From: an uncultured Candidatus Sumerlaeota bacterium
Lineage (GTDB): Bacteria > Sumerlaeota > Sumerlaeia > SLMS01
DNA: 64,000 bases
Assembly: GCA_964420455.1 (NCBI GenBank)
Contig: CAYQTO010000002.1
Span: 8,796-72,795 of the forward strand
Direction of reading: 5' to 3'
The notes under the pieces are model-generated. The model ran no database searches and had not been told where the DNA came from. It was given only the letters and a program-made list of their open reading frames with translations. The position numbers were made by a program, and so were the translations under genes. The stretch's first letter is position 1. Each line of letters starts with the position of its first letter. Positions 39,501 through 48,911 of this stretch are shown here, piece after piece.

Positions 39501-40491
39501 GGCGATGGTGTCGACGCCGCTGGAGCTGAACGACGACAGCCAGGTGACGATCGACGCGTCGAGCTCGAGCGACCCGGGTGAGGACGCGCTGACCTTCGCA
39601 TGGGACCTGAACAATGATGGGGCGTTCGACGACGGGACGGGCCCGCAGGCGGTGATGCATGGGGCCGAGATGTCGCCCGGGCCGCACCGGTTTGCCGTGC
39701 AGGTGTCGGACGGCGACGCGACGGTATCGGCTTGGGGCGTGGTGGCGGTGAACGACGTGACGGCACCAACGAGCGTCGGGTCCATCGACGACAGGACGCG
39801 GGCCGGTGGTCCGCTGGTGGGTGTCTATACGGCCACGGACAACAACGGATCGGGCGTTGCGCAGGCGCAGCTGTATGTGCAGGCGCCCGGCGGCGTCTGG
39901 CGCGAGGCGGGGATGCTCGCGAATGGCGCGTGGAGCCACACGCCGGAGGCCGGCGATGGCGTGTACCGCTTCGCGGTGCGGGCGCGGGACCGGGCCGGCA
40001 ACATGGCGCCGCCCCCGGGACCCGGCGATTCCGGAGACCTGCTGGTTCTGTGGAACGACGTGGAAAACTCCGAATTTACCCACGTCGCGGTAACGGAAGG
40101 GACCCTGGTGTTCCCGATGACGGACGCGGTGGACGTGGAGCTGGTGTTCGGAGCAGGCGCCGCCGGAGGACCAGTGACGATGCGGCGGCTTGCGGGCGAC
40201 GTGGCGCCGGAGGGGCTGGACGCCGGTCGGCTGATCGACGAGGCACTGGTGCTCGGGGGGACCTTCGGCGGGGGACCGGCGCGGTTGGTCTGGCGACCGG
40301 ACGCGGCGTACCTTGCGGCGCTTCCCACGCCCGTCGACACCGTGTTCCGCTGCGAGGATGGCACCGTGACCGACGTCTATACGGTGAACGAGGTGGACGG
40401 CGCCCTCGTGGTGGAGGACATCGACGCCGGCGGCACCTGGTACGCGGGCAGCAACAATGCCGCTATGCCGGAGTGGCTGCTGTTCGACTGA
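36529..40491 (+). CDS. Secreted S8-family serine peptidase (subtilisin-like) with long C-terminal Ig/PKD-like repeat region (1320 aa)
   Basis: Within ORF 36478..40491. ATG 36529 (MRKLSSFGILVISAGITASAIAQ signal peptide). Asp/His/Ser triad blocks VGVWDSD, HGTHVGGTIGA and GTSMASPNAAGSAAL. Downstream beta-sandwich-like repeats. Confidence 0.85.
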   Translation: MRKLSSFGILVISAGITASAIAQSPTVTVNLSTPQARAQTVQALAAKARQEKAEAEAFAALYNLPVKGVDAQGRDFELMRLDPNGNPVYYVTDNVNAAISTAADQVRDSEPFLVDGSTTIVGVWDSDAVRPTHQEFGGRVINRDNSPNSDHGTHVGGTIGAAGVDPRAKGMAPAVTIYSYDWTSDESEMAANAMTAPGQADKIQISNHSYGTYAGWDGTYFYGNWPTYREDPLFGQYDSSARYWDTIVYDAGYYLPFKSAGNDRNDKAPSAGTEFTYSGNQKAIYDPATGPYSDGYDNGFDTVASKSVAKNIMTVGSGRDAVHNGTRDKTKAKPENYSGYGPADDGRIKPDILANGAGLHSTRSSSDTAYGSKSGTSMASPNAAGSAALLVDLYNRRLPGQAMRASTLKGLILHTATDVDRPGPDYRTGWGLMHTRLAAEQIELHAAAQNGLYIHEDVLTPAGPADTYTFLWDGTSPIRATLCWTDPPGPTRSGLDDRAPVLVNDLDLRLIAPDGTTTWFPYRLDPQNPGNDATTGDNTVDNVERIDLPVPPQTGVYTLTVTHKGSLTDGQQVYSLILNGQSVDYIDVLPTESFLAEGEPGGPFQPSSTVYTVTNRSESESLDWALTKTASWLDVDVAGGTLPPGASATVTVSLNAQADALGASPNPYADTLAFTNLATGASLTRDVRLFVAPNYWTEHFTSNDNDLDNLMLTLTPNGSGGYNGFVAPITELPSPPAGGTTLSLSDDSFRSIDLSTPVSIYDKSATRLYVGSNGYITFNSGDTDTYATIGDHFNRPRVSLLFDDLNPSTGGTVSWKELADRAVVSYVDVPEFSRSNRNTFQAELFFDGRIRLSWLNLDATDGLVGISAGDGEPSLFKETDISSYTAPVNTPPTAVMVAASTASPKEGMAMSVSGTFTDPDADPWSVTVDWGDGTAPTEVTGLTARSFGPIGHVYTDGDGTGTPRTITATVRDATDSADGTVEVTVHNVAPMAMVSTPLELNDDSQVTIDASSSSDPGEDALTFAWDLNNDGAFDDGTGPQAVMHGAEMSPGPHRFAVQVSDGDATVSAWGVVAVNDVTAPTSVGSIDDRTRAGGPLVGVYTATDNNGSGVAQAQLYVQAPGGVWREAGMLANGAWSHTPEAGDGVYRFAVRARDRAGNMAPPPGPGDSGDLLVLWNDVENSEFTHVAVTEGTLVFPMTDAVDVELVFGAGAAGGPVTMRRLAGDVAPEGLDAGRLIDEALVLGGTFGGGPARLVWRPDAAYLAALPTPVDTVFRCEDGTVTDVYTVNEVDGALVVEDIDAGGTWYAGSNNAAMPEWLLFD

Positions 40492-40521
40492 GCAGGACAA
40501 TCCCGGCAAGTAAAAAGGAAA

Positions 40522-40556
40522 CCGGCCCCGCGAGTACGCGGGGCCGGTCGCTTTTG
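40522..40556. terminator. Intrinsic terminator between convergent genes (stem CCGGCCCCGCG/CGCGGGGCCGG, loop AGTA, then TCGCTTTTG)
   Basis: Perfect 11-bp inverted repeat at 40522-40547 followed by a T-rich run. Confidence 0.75.
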
Positions 40557-40575
40557 CGGCTTCGATGGTGGGTGC

Positions 40576-40986
40576 TTAGAAGCTCTCGACCGCGTCGATG
40601 CTGTTGAGGGAGACGGCGACGCCGCTGTAGCTGGTGGTGATCTCGCCGAGGATCGGGAAGAGGATGCCGCTGTACTCGTAGCTGGCGGTCACATACATGA
40701 CGGCGTGGGCGTCGTTGCCATACTGTGCGCGGGCCTGCTCGAGGAGGAGGCCATAGCCCTCGTTGCCGCTCGTGACGATGCCAACGAGGATGTTGGAGGA
40801 GCCGGTGGCGCTCACGGGGCCGAGAATATCGTAGCTGGCGGTCGAGACGATGCTCTGGCCACCCATGGGCTTGCTGCCGGGGTCGTTCTTGCCGGCGGTC
40901 TGCGCGTTGAACATGAGGACGCTTGCGCAACCGGTGGAGAACACAAGCATGGAGGCCAGAACGGCCGAGGCGAGAATGCGCTTCAT
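40576..40986 (-). CDS. Lipoprotein (TRL-like small outer-membrane lipoprotein), 136 aa
   Basis: Within ORF 40576..40995(-). ATG 40986 with AGGAG 9-10 nt upstream. Signal peptide plus lipobox ..LVFSTGC. Confidence 0.65.
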   Translation of the reverse strand: MKRILASAVLASMLVFSTGCASVLMFNAQTAGKNDPGSKPMGGQSIVSTASYDILGPVSATGSSNILVGIVTSGNEGYGLLLEQARAQYGNDAHAVMYVTASYEYSGILFPILGEITTSYSGVAVSLNSIDAVESF

Positions 40987-41206
40987 GGGGCACATCTCCT
41001 GAATGGAGTTTTCCCCCTCTAAATATTGAGGCGGGGTCTAACGTTTCGGGGACAAGCCCCGATTCAACGGGGGGTTGCAAGCCGAATCAATCGACAGCAG
41101 GGGCAAATGAGCAGACGTTCCGACCGTCATGGTCCTTGCAGAGCGGGGGCCCGGGTTCTCAAGAGTGGCCGCCATGAGGTGCCCGTTCCGCGGAGTTGAA
41201 ACGGCA

Positions 41207-43105
41207 ATGAACGAAAGTCGATTCGAGGTGATTGTGGTGGGTGGCGGGCACGCCGGAATCGAGGCGGCGCACGCCTCGGCACGGTTGGGGGTGCGGACGA
41301 TGCTGCTGACGATGGACGTGGCGGCGCTGGGGCGGATGTCCTGCAATCCGGCGATCGGAGGGTTGGGAAAGGGCCACGTGGTACGGGAGATCGATGCGCT
41401 GGGGGGGGTGCAGGCGCTGGCGACGGACGCGGCGGGGATCCAGTTCCGGGTGCTGAACCGGCGCAAGGGCCCGGCGGTGCAGGCGCCGCGGGTCCAGTGC
41501 GACAAGGACGCCTATTCGGCCTGGATGGGGCGGTTCCTCGGGGGCGTGGAGAACCTGGTCGTGGCGGCCGGGGAAGCATCGGAAATCCTCACGGAAGACG
41601 ACGCGATCTCGGGCCTGGTGCTCGACGATGGGAGCCGCCTCCAGTGCCGGGCGCTGGTGCTGACGACCGGGACGTTTCTCGACAGCGTGATGCACTGCGG
41701 GTTGGAACAGACGGAAGGTGGCCGCGTGGGGGAACGGTCGGCGAACCGGTTGTCGCGGTCGTTCCTGGCGCTGGGGCTCGAAACAGGGCGGCTGAAGACG
41801 GGGACCCCTTGCCGGCTCTGGCGCGACTCGATCGACTTCTCCAGGTGCGAGCTACAGCCAGGCGACGATCCGCCACCGCCGGTCAGCTTTCGAACAAAAA
41901 GACTCGATGTCGAGCAGATGCCCTGCTTCCTCACGCGGACGACCGCCGAGACTCACGACATCATCCGGGCGAACATCGATCGATCGCCGATGTTCCTCGG
42001 GCGAATCTCGGGGGTGGGGCCCCGCTACTGCCCCAGCATTGAGGACAAGGTCGTGAGGTTCGAGGACAAGGAATCGCACCACGTGTTCCTCGAGCCGGAG
42101 ACACGGCGTGGCGACACGATCTACCCGAACGGGGTGTCGACGAGCCTTCCGGCGGATGTGCAGGAGGCGTTCATCCGGTCGATCCCGGGGCTCGAGCGGG
42201 CGGAGTTCGCCCGCCATGGGTACGCCGTGGAATACACGTATATCCCGCCGCGCCAGTTGAAACACACGCTCGAGGCGAAGGATGTGTCGGGGCTGTACCT
42301 GGCGGGGCAGATCAACGGGACGTCGGGTTACGAGGAAGCGGCGGGCCAGGGACTGGTGGCGGGGGTAAACGCGGCGCTGGCGGTCCGCGGCGAGCCCCCG
42401 TTCGTCCTCCGCCGCGACGAGGCCTACATCGGCGTGATGATCGACGACCTCCTGACGAAGGACCACCGCGAGCCGTATCGCCTGTTCACGAGCCGGGCGG
42501 AGTACCGGTTGCTGCTGCGTTCGGACAACACGGACCTGCGACTGGTGGGTCATGCGGAGCGGCTGGGGATGTTGCCGGCGGAGGTGGCGGACCGGGCGCG
42601 GGCGCTGGCGGAGGGGGTCGAAGCCGCGGCGGGGCGGCTGCGGGGGACGGCGCTACGGTCGTCGGAGGTCGACTGGGAGGTGGCCGCGGAGAAGGGCGCC
42701 CCGCGGCCGGCCAAGGCGCAGACCCTTGCCCAGTACCTTGCCCGGCCGGATGTGACGATGGAGGCCTTCCGGGGGGTTTTTCCCGCTGCGATCGAGCCGC
42801 CCCCCGCCGACGCAGCCCGGTTCTGGGAACTGCTCGAAAACGAGATCAAGTACGAGGGGTATCTTCAGAAGCAGATGGCGCTGGTGGAGCGGACGCGGCG
42901 TGCGGAGGAGACGCGGCTGCCCGCGGGGATGGACTACGGCGGGGTGGTGGGGCTGCGCAACGAGGCGCGGACGGTCCTGGAGAAGTTCCGGCCGGACACC
43001 CTGGGGGCGGCGGGGCGGCTGGCGGGGGTCAATCCGGCGGATGTGTCGGTGCTGATGATCGAGCTCAAGCGTCGGGAGCGGGCGGGAGCCGCCGGTCCTG
43101 CCTGA
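41207..43105 (+). CDS. mnmG: tRNA uridine-5-carboxymethylaminomethyl(34) synthesis enzyme MnmG (GidA)
   Basis: Within ORF 41129..43105. ATG 41207. [17 protein letters not shown] motif. Full-length collinear GidA-family sequence ([10 protein letters not shown]..., C-terminal tRNA-binding domain). Confidence 0.95.
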   Translation: MNESRFEVIVVGGGHAGIEAAHASARLGVRTMLLTMDVAALGRMSCNPAIGGLGKGHVVREIDALGGVQALATDAAGIQFRVLNRRKGPAVQAPRVQCDKDAYSAWMGRFLGGVENLVVAAGEASEILTEDDAISGLVLDDGSRLQCRALVLTTGTFLDSVMHCGLEQTEGGRVGERSANRLSRSFLALGLETGRLKTGTPCRLWRDSIDFSRCELQPGDDPPPPVSFRTKRLDVEQMPCFLTRTTAETHDIIRANIDRSPMFLGRISGVGPRYCPSIEDKVVRFEDKESHHVFLEPETRRGDTIYPNGVSTSLPADVQEAFIRSIPGLERAEFARHGYAVEYTYIPPRQLKHTLEAKDVSGLYLAGQINGTSGYEEAAGQGLVAGVNAALAVRGEPPFVLRRDEAYIGVMIDDLLTKDHREPYRLFTSRAEYRLLLRSDNTDLRLVGHAERLGMLPAEVADRARALAEGVEAAAGRLRGTALRSSEVDWEVAAEKGAPRPAKAQTLAQYLARPDVTMEAFRGVFPAAIEPPPADAARFWELLENEIKYEGYLQKQMALVERTRRAEETRLPAGMDYGGVVGLRNEARTVLEKFRPDTLGAAGRLAGVNPADVSVLMIELKRRERAGAAGPA

Positions 43106-43165
43106 AATCAGGTTGCTCTTGGCTGAACGATTGGCCAAATTTGGGAAAACTCCCGGACTCCCGAA

Positions 43166-43627
43166 TTGGATGTGCCCGCCGTGCTTTCGAGGTATCGCGA
43201 TTACGACGAGACTCTGGTGATCCTTCGGGAGGAGGAGCGGCCGTGGGGTTTCCTGCTGCACGCGCTGGCGTGGGTGCCGGTTTGGGGATTCGTCGTGAGC
43301 ATGCTGCTCTGGGTGTATTACCGGCACCGCAGCCGCGAAATGGTGTTCCACATCCAACAGGCGATCCAGTTGCAGATCACGGTGCTGGTGCCGGTCCTGT
43401 TGTGGATTGTGGGCTCCATCCTGTCGGAGGTGGTGAAGGGAGTCAGTCCGGCGGTGGGCCTTGCGCTGGCGACGGCGAATGACTTCCTGGCGGTGAGCCT
43501 GCTGACGCTGATGGCAGCCGTGGCGGTTGTGGGGGGCGGCTTGGTCTATCTTGGAAAAGGCTTTCTGTACCCGGTGATCGGGCGACGGGTACTGGAAGGA
43601 ACCCTACGGAAATACACGGAGGATTAA
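43166..43627 (+). CDS. DUF4870-like small membrane protein. Start uncertain (TTG 43166 / GTG 43172 / GTG 43181).
   Basis: ORF 43166..43627. 3-4 TM helices. Confidence 0.5.
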   Translation: MDVPAVLSRYRDYDETLVILREEERPWGFLLHALAWVPVWGFVVSMLLWVYYRHRSREMVFHIQQAIQLQITVLVPVLLWIVGSILSEVVKGVSPAVGLALATANDFLAVSLLTLMAAVAVVGGGLVYLGKGFLYPVIGRRVLEGTLRKYTED

Positions 43628-43631
43628 GTCC

Positions 43632-44675
43632 ATGGCCGATCAAGCCGCAACCGCGCAGCAGGAGGCCGCCGTCTCGGCGGTGATGGCGTATATCAATGAC
43701 TACCTGGACATGCGTTTCCAGCAGGCCCGGCGCGTAAACCCGACCATCGAGCAGGTCTGGCCGGACACTGTCTGGCAGCAGAAGGACATCCTGCGGATTT
43801 GCATCTCGGGGACGAAGGCGTTCGGTCCGGACCGCTACCACGTGGCGGAGTTGCTGCTCGCCGACGATTCCCGCAAGCGGGCGGAACTCTTCAGCCCGAA
43901 GAGCCAGAACTGCCTCCAGGGCGAGATCATCGAGGAGAAGGAGTCGGACGCGCAGCGCACCCGCGGCCAGATGGAGATCCACGACGCGCGGTCGACGATG
44001 CGTGTCGTCGCGCCCCAGTTCGAGGGCATCATCACGCTGATCCAGACGTATATCTGGTGGGACCTTCCGGACGCGGCCCGTCTGGCGCGGTTCGACCGCA
44101 AGGTGGGCCTGCTCCAGCGGCTGAAGGCGGAGGACTACACAGACGACCTCAAGAAGCATTACATGATGGCCATGGGCTTGGAGACGCCGCCGAAGCTCGA
44201 GCAGGCGCGCGAGTTCGAGACGAAGGCCCTCGCCGAGACGATCAATTCCTTCCGCCACGCCCGGGTGGAGGAATCCGGCTACCAGGCGATCATTGCCCAC
44301 GAGAAGACACCCGGCGACAACGCGGACCGTTTGATCGAGGCCACCGGCAGCCAGATCGCCACCCTCCGGGGCCTCCAGAACGGCTCCACGCTAGACGAGT
44401 CCATGACCGAGCAGTTCGCCAAGGCGATGCATTGCGACCCGCAAATGGTGACGAACGAGAAGGCGATCACCTTCCTGGAGAACACGATTGCGGCAAACCG
44501 CAAGCGCCTGCGTCTGGTGCTCGAAGGGGGCGGCAGCGGCGAGCCCTACAACTACAAGCGCCGCCAGCTGGAAAACCTCCGAAAGCGCTTCGAGGAAGTG
44601 GTTGCGGACGACGCCGACGCCTTCGCAACACTGGGTCAACCGCGCCCCACCCGCGACATCGTGGAGAAAGTCTGA
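43632..44675 (+). CDS. Hypothetical cytoplasmic alpha-helical protein (347 aa), no recognised family
   Basis: ORF 43632..44675 starts 5 nt after the previous stop. Coherent codon usage. Confidence 0.6.
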   Translation: MADQAATAQQEAAVSAVMAYINDYLDMRFQQARRVNPTIEQVWPDTVWQQKDILRICISGTKAFGPDRYHVAELLLADDSRKRAELFSPKSQNCLQGEIIEEKESDAQRTRGQMEIHDARSTMRVVAPQFEGIITLIQTYIWWDLPDAARLARFDRKVGLLQRLKAEDYTDDLKKHYMMAMGLETPPKLEQAREFETKALAETINSFRHARVEESGYQAIIAHEKTPGDNADRLIEATGSQIATLRGLQNGSTLDESMTEQFAKAMHCDPQMVTNEKAITFLENTIAANRKRLRLVLEGGGSGEPYNYKRRQLENLRKRFEEVVADDADAFATLGQPRPTRDIVEKV

Positions 44676-44697
44676 ACCCACTCGCAAGGTGCCCCTC

Positions 44698-45705
44698 ATG
44701 CATCGATCGCCAACATGGAGCGCGCTCGCCGCGCTCCTTCTTCTTGTACCGCTCCTCCTTCCCGCCCAACGGACAGAGACAACCTATGTCCCGAATCTCG
44801 AATTGATTTCCCACCTCGACGAGACCCGCTACGACGGACCCTCCCGCGCCGCCGCCGCGGTCACCCTCTCCGGCGTCGACGAACGCGAGACCCGCTACAA
44901 TCCCAAGGGGACCCTTTCGACCTCGGCCGTGGGGCTCGTGAGCCTGCGCCGCGACGCGGCGGACTATCCGGCGTTCCTCCTCGGGCTCCAGGACGCCGCC
45001 ATCGCCTCCTCCGGGTCGCCGCTCAACGTCGCACCGCTGTCAGCCGATACGCCGCAGGAGCAGGTCGATCTCCTCGCCGCCCGCGGCGTCTCCACCTTCC
45101 TCGTCGATTCGCCCCACCCGATGGAGGCCGAGGCCCTGATCCAGCGCAACCGCGAGGGGGGCCGCACGATGGTCCTCATTGCCCAGGCGCTCCCCCGCGG
45201 GTTCTTTCCCCCTCTGGTGGTCGACACGCCGATCCTTCATGCCGAGCGCGCCGGCGAGGAATCGATCCGCCTCGTCGGCAACAACCCGGTCACCATCGCG
45301 TATATCTACGAGAACTACCCGGAGGAACTGCCGACGGAGGACCTCGGGGGGGCGATCCTGCGCGCGTTCCGCCGGCCCTTCGACAATGTGGCGCCGGAGA
45401 TCAACCTGGAGGCGTTCGACCCCGCTCGCCATCTCGATCCCGGCAATCCGCCGGCGGTGGTGGTGGCGCTGACGGCGGAGGACTCGGCCCGCCACGCGCT
45501 CACCCTTCGCGAGCGCTTCCCCGATTCGCGGCTCGTGCTCGTTGGCGAAAGCCCGGAGGTGCTCGCCGCGTGCGAGCGGGGCGACATCGATGTGCGCGTT
45601 CGGCCCGACTATGCACGGCTCCTCGCCTTCGCCATGAGCGAGGCCCGCGAGAAGTCTCCCGTCCCCCTCGTGCTCCACGGCACGGCGGACCGCCTCATCT
45701 GGTAA
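44698..45705 (+). CDS. Hypothetical secreted protein (335 aa)
   Basis: Within ORF 44488..45705. ATG 44698. Signal peptide MHRSPTWSALAALLLLVPLLLPAQ. The upstream ORF portion is junk. Confidence 0.6.
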   Translation: MHRSPTWSALAALLLLVPLLLPAQRTETTYVPNLELISHLDETRYDGPSRAAAAVTLSGVDERETRYNPKGTLSTSAVGLVSLRRDAADYPAFLLGLQDAAIASSGSPLNVAPLSADTPQEQVDLLAARGVSTFLVDSPHPMEAEALIQRNREGGRTMVLIAQALPRGFFPPLVVDTPILHAERAGEESIRLVGNNPVTIAYIYENYPEELPTEDLGGAILRAFRRPFDNVAPEINLEAFDPARHLDPGNPPAVVVALTAEDSARHALTLRERFPDSRLVLVGESPEVLAACERGDIDVRVRPDYARLLAFAMSEAREKSPVPLVLHGTADRLIW

Positions 45706-45762
45706 TTCCAGCCCCGGTGGCTGCGATCACTCACCCCCATCCGAAAAGGACCCGCACCGACC

Positions 45763-47172
45763 ATGAGTGAGAAGTTCCGCATCGAGAAGGATTCGCTCGG
45801 CGACGTCCAAATCCCCGACGGCGCGTACTGGGGCACCACCACCCAACGCGCCGTCCACGTCTATCCCATCAGTGGGCTGCGCCAGCATCCCAAGTTCATC
45901 GACGCCTATGTGATGCTCAAGATGGCGGCGGCCAGGGCGAACAAGAAGGGCAAGGCGCTCCCCGCAAAGGTCGCCGACGCCATCGTCAAGGCCGGCCAGG
46001 AAATCCTCAAGGGTGACCTTCGCGACCAGTTCGTCGTCGACGTCTTTCAGATGGGCGCCGGCACCTCCTTCCACATGAACGTGAACGAGGTGCTCGCCAA
46101 CCGCGCGAACGAACTCCTTGGCGGCACCCTTGGCAACTACGAGCACGTGAACCCGAACAACCACGTGAACTTCGGCCAGTCGACCAACGACACGTTCCCG
46201 ACGACGATCCGGCTCGCGTGCCTCCTGATGCTGCGCGATCACCTTCACAAGCCGCTCGTGGACCTGGAGAACGCCCTGAAGAAGAAGGGCCAGGAGTTCG
46301 ACAAGGTCCTCAAGAGCGCACGGACGCACCTCCAGGACGCGGTGCCCATCCGCCTTGGCCAGGAATTCACCGCCTACGCGGAGGCGATCAACCGATGCCA
46401 CAAGTTCATCGGCAAGGCGCGCGACAGCGTCTGCGAACTCGGCATCGGGGGCAGCGCCGCGGGTACCGGCCTGAACACCGCGCCCGGTTACCGCGAGAAC
46501 ATCCTCGAGGAACTCAGGAAGCTCACGAAGATCGACGACCTGCGCCTTGCCGCCGACATGCGCGAGGCCATGCAGAGCCAGCGCCCCATCGCCGAGCTCA
46601 GCGCCGCACTCCGCAATCTCGCCCTCGAAATCAGCCGCATCAACAACGACCTGCGCCTGCTCTCCTCCGGCCCGACCACCGGCCTCGCCGAAATCGAACT
46701 CCCCCCCGTCGCCCCCGGCTCCTCCATCATGCCCGGCAAGATCAACCCCTCCATTCCCGAGATGTGCAACATGGTCTGCTTCGAGGTGATCGGCAACGAC
46801 ACCTCCGTCAGCTGGGCCGTCGGCGCCGGCCAGCTCGAACTCAACGTCATGATGCCCCTCATGGCCCACAAGATGAACACCAGCATCCACGTCCTCGGCA
46901 GCATGATCACCCAGATGACCAACCTCTGCATCAAGGGCATCAAGGTGAACAGGGACCGGTGCCAGATGTACGTGGAAAGCAGCGTGGCGATCGCGACGGC
47001 CCTCAACCCGTACATCGGCTACAAGGCCGCGGCCGACGTGGTGAAGGTCGCCGTGGCGGAGAACAAGACGGTGATCCAGGTCGTGCGCGAGAAGGAGCTC
47101 CTCACCGAGGCCCAGATCGCCGAGATCATGGACCCGATCAAGATGACCGAGCCCGGAGTTGCGGGAAAGTAA
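45763..47172 (+). CDS. aspA: Aspartate ammonia-lyase (class II fumarase/aspartase family)
   Basis: 469 aa. GSSIMPGKINP signature. DVFQMGAGTSFHMNVNEVLANRA and CFEVIGND are closer to AspA than to FumC. Confidence 0.75.
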   Translation: MSEKFRIEKDSLGDVQIPDGAYWGTTTQRAVHVYPISGLRQHPKFIDAYVMLKMAAARANKKGKALPAKVADAIVKAGQEILKGDLRDQFVVDVFQMGAGTSFHMNVNEVLANRANELLGGTLGNYEHVNPNNHVNFGQSTNDTFPTTIRLACLLMLRDHLHKPLVDLENALKKKGQEFDKVLKSARTHLQDAVPIRLGQEFTAYAEAINRCHKFIGKARDSVCELGIGGSAAGTGLNTAPGYRENILEELRKLTKIDDLRLAADMREAMQSQRPIAELSAALRNLALEISRINNDLRLLSSGPTTGLAEIELPPVAPGSSIMPGKINPSIPEMCNMVCFEVIGNDTSVSWAVGAGQLELNVMMPLMAHKMNTSIHVLGSMITQMTNLCIKGIKVNRDRCQMYVESSVAIATALNPYIGYKAAADVVKVAVAENKTVIQVVREKELLTEAQIAEIMDPIKMTEPGVAGK

Positions 47173-47200
47173 CCCGGCACCACGACGGAGGAAACGCGCC

Positions 47201-47235
47201 GGGGAGGGCCCATGGGCCCTCCCCAGTTTTTTTTT
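47201..47235 (+). terminator. Rho-independent terminator downstream of aspA (GGGGAGGGCCCA/TGGGCCCTCCCC palindrome followed by AGTTTTTTTTT)
   Basis: 24-nt perfect palindrome plus a 9-T run, read directly. Confidence 0.85.
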
Positions 47236-47328
47236 CGCGGCAATTCTCGAAGGAACAAGCGTCTGTCTTTATAGACGATTCTTCCTGGCAATCGGCGAGC
47301 GCAAGGGGTCCGGGCGCGCCTGGCTCCT

Positions 47329-48822
47329 TCAATACACCGTCCAGCCGAGGGGATCGGTGGCAGGCGTCGGGTCGACGACGGTCTTCTCCGACTCGTTCCC
47401 CAGCCGGTCCACCGCCGTGACGACCACCCCCTCGACGCTGCCCGAGATCACCCGCTGGGTGGAGGCCGCGTTGAGGATCACATACTCCCAGGCGCTGTTG
47501 CGGTATTGATAGAAGACATAGTTGCGGACGTCGGCGGGGTCCACCGGGGTCCACTGGACCAGGTTGTCGGTGATGGTGACGTCGGGCGGGGCGGGGGCGA
47601 CGTCGTCGAGCCAAGGCATCGGGGGCCGGAGGGCCTGCTGGCTGTAGGGCCCGTTCATGAGCAGCGTGCGCTGCCCGTCGATGTTATTCTGGAGCCACTC
47701 CATGCGAAAGTGCACGTTGCCGGTGGCGCCGCTGCGGGCTTGGGTTTCCTCGACCTGGCGGACGATTTCCTCCGGGGGCCAGTTGGTGGAGCCGGAGGTC
47801 TTGTAGTTGGCCAGCCCGGGCCAGATCTCCCGGTCCTGCACGTTTTCGGAAATCCACCAGTCCATGAGGGCCGTATAGCTTTGGGCGGGGGGATCGATCT
47901 CCCAGTAGATTTGCGGCGTCAGGTAATCGAGCCAGCCCTCGCGGAGCCAGAGGCGCGAGTCGGCGTAGAGAGAGGCGTAGGCGTCGAAGCCCGCAATGCC
48001 CGGCGGGTTGCCCGGTCGCCAGATGCCAAAGGGGCTGATGCCGAACTGGACGTGGTCCTTCTCGGCGCGTATATCGTTATAGACGTCGCGGATGAAGGTA
48101 TTGACCGAGTCGCGGCGCCAGTCCGCCTTGTCGAGGGTGCCACCTCCATTGAGGTAGGCCTGGTAGGTGCCCGCATCGGGGAACTCCTCCGATGTGGGAT
48201 ACGGATAGAAATAGTCGTCGAAATGGACGCCATCGACGTCGTAGCGCGAGACGACGTCCATGATGACGGAGCGGGAGTAATCCTGGACCTCCGGATCGCC
48301 GGGGTTGAGCCACTTGTATCCGCCGTAGTCGACCACGAGGTCCGGGTTGGTGCGGCTGACGTGGGTGGAGTGGAAGCTGGAGCCGGAGCTGACGCCGGCG
48401 CGGTAGGGGTTGAACCAGGCGTGGACCTCCATACCCCGGGCGTGGGCGAGGTCGAGGACCTCCTGGAGGGGGTCCCACGCGGGGCTGGGGGCCGTGCCCT
48501 GCGACCCCGTGAGGTACCGCGACCAGGGCTCTATGGTGGAGGGGTACATGGCATCGCATTCCGACCGGACCTGGAACACGAGGGCGTTGAGGCGCATGGA
48601 GGCGGCGGTGGAGACGATCGCCTGGAGCTCGGCGCGGGCCTGGCTCGTGGTGAGCGAGGACCGTGAGGGCCAATCGAGATTGACGACGGTGGCCACCCAG
48701 GCGGCGCGGAACTCCCGCGGCACCAGGTCGTCGGGCGGCGGAGCGGGGGGCGTGCCGGCCGTTGCGCCCGCCGCCGCCAGCAGGCACGCGCCCGCCACGA
48801 TTCCTCTCATCCCCATGTTCAT
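47329..48822 (-). CDS. Glycoside-hydrolase-like family 10 (GHL10/DUF4015-type TIM-barrel) secreted protein
   Basis: Within ORF 47329..49323(-). Start MNMGMRGIVAGACLLAAAGATAG (48822). ..FRAAWVATV.NLDWP... and HAWFNPYRAG blocks are typical of the GHL10 family. Confidence 0.65.
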   Translation of the reverse strand: MNMGMRGIVAGACLLAAAGATAGTPPAPPPDDLVPREFRAAWVATVVNLDWPSRSSLTTSQARAELQAIVSTAASMRLNALVFQVRSECDAMYPSTIEPWSRYLTGSQGTAPSPAWDPLQEVLDLAHARGMEVHAWFNPYRAGVSSGSSFHSTHVSRTNPDLVVDYGGYKWLNPGDPEVQDYSRSVIMDVVSRYDVDGVHFDDYFYPYPTSEEFPDAGTYQAYLNGGGTLDKADWRRDSVNTFIRDVYNDIRAEKDHVQFGISPFGIWRPGNPPGIAGFDAYASLYADSRLWLREGWLDYLTPQIYWEIDPPAQSYTALMDWWISENVQDREIWPGLANYKTSGSTNWPPEEIVRQVEETQARSGATGNVHFRMEWLQNNIDGQRTLLMNGPYSQQALRPPMPWLDDVAPAPPDVTITDNLVQWTPVDPADVRNYVFYQYRNSAWEYVILNAASTQRVISGSVEGVVVTAVDRLGNESEKTVVDPTPATDPLGWTVY

Positions 48823-48911
48823 CGTTTTGTTTCCCTTGGAAAAATCGGGGTCCTCCCCCGGAGCAACGAGGGCACCCGATTGCCCACCGGGATTCAAACA
48901 AAAAGCGGAGT

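Noticed and set aside
47255-47290. GTCTGTCTTTATAGACGA in the aspA/GHL10 convergent intergenic region as an inverted-repeat regulatory site.
   Set aside because: Only the outer GTCT/AGAC tetramers pair and the interior is not palindromic. It is a near-copy (TTATAGAC) of the octamer family rather than a convincing operator.
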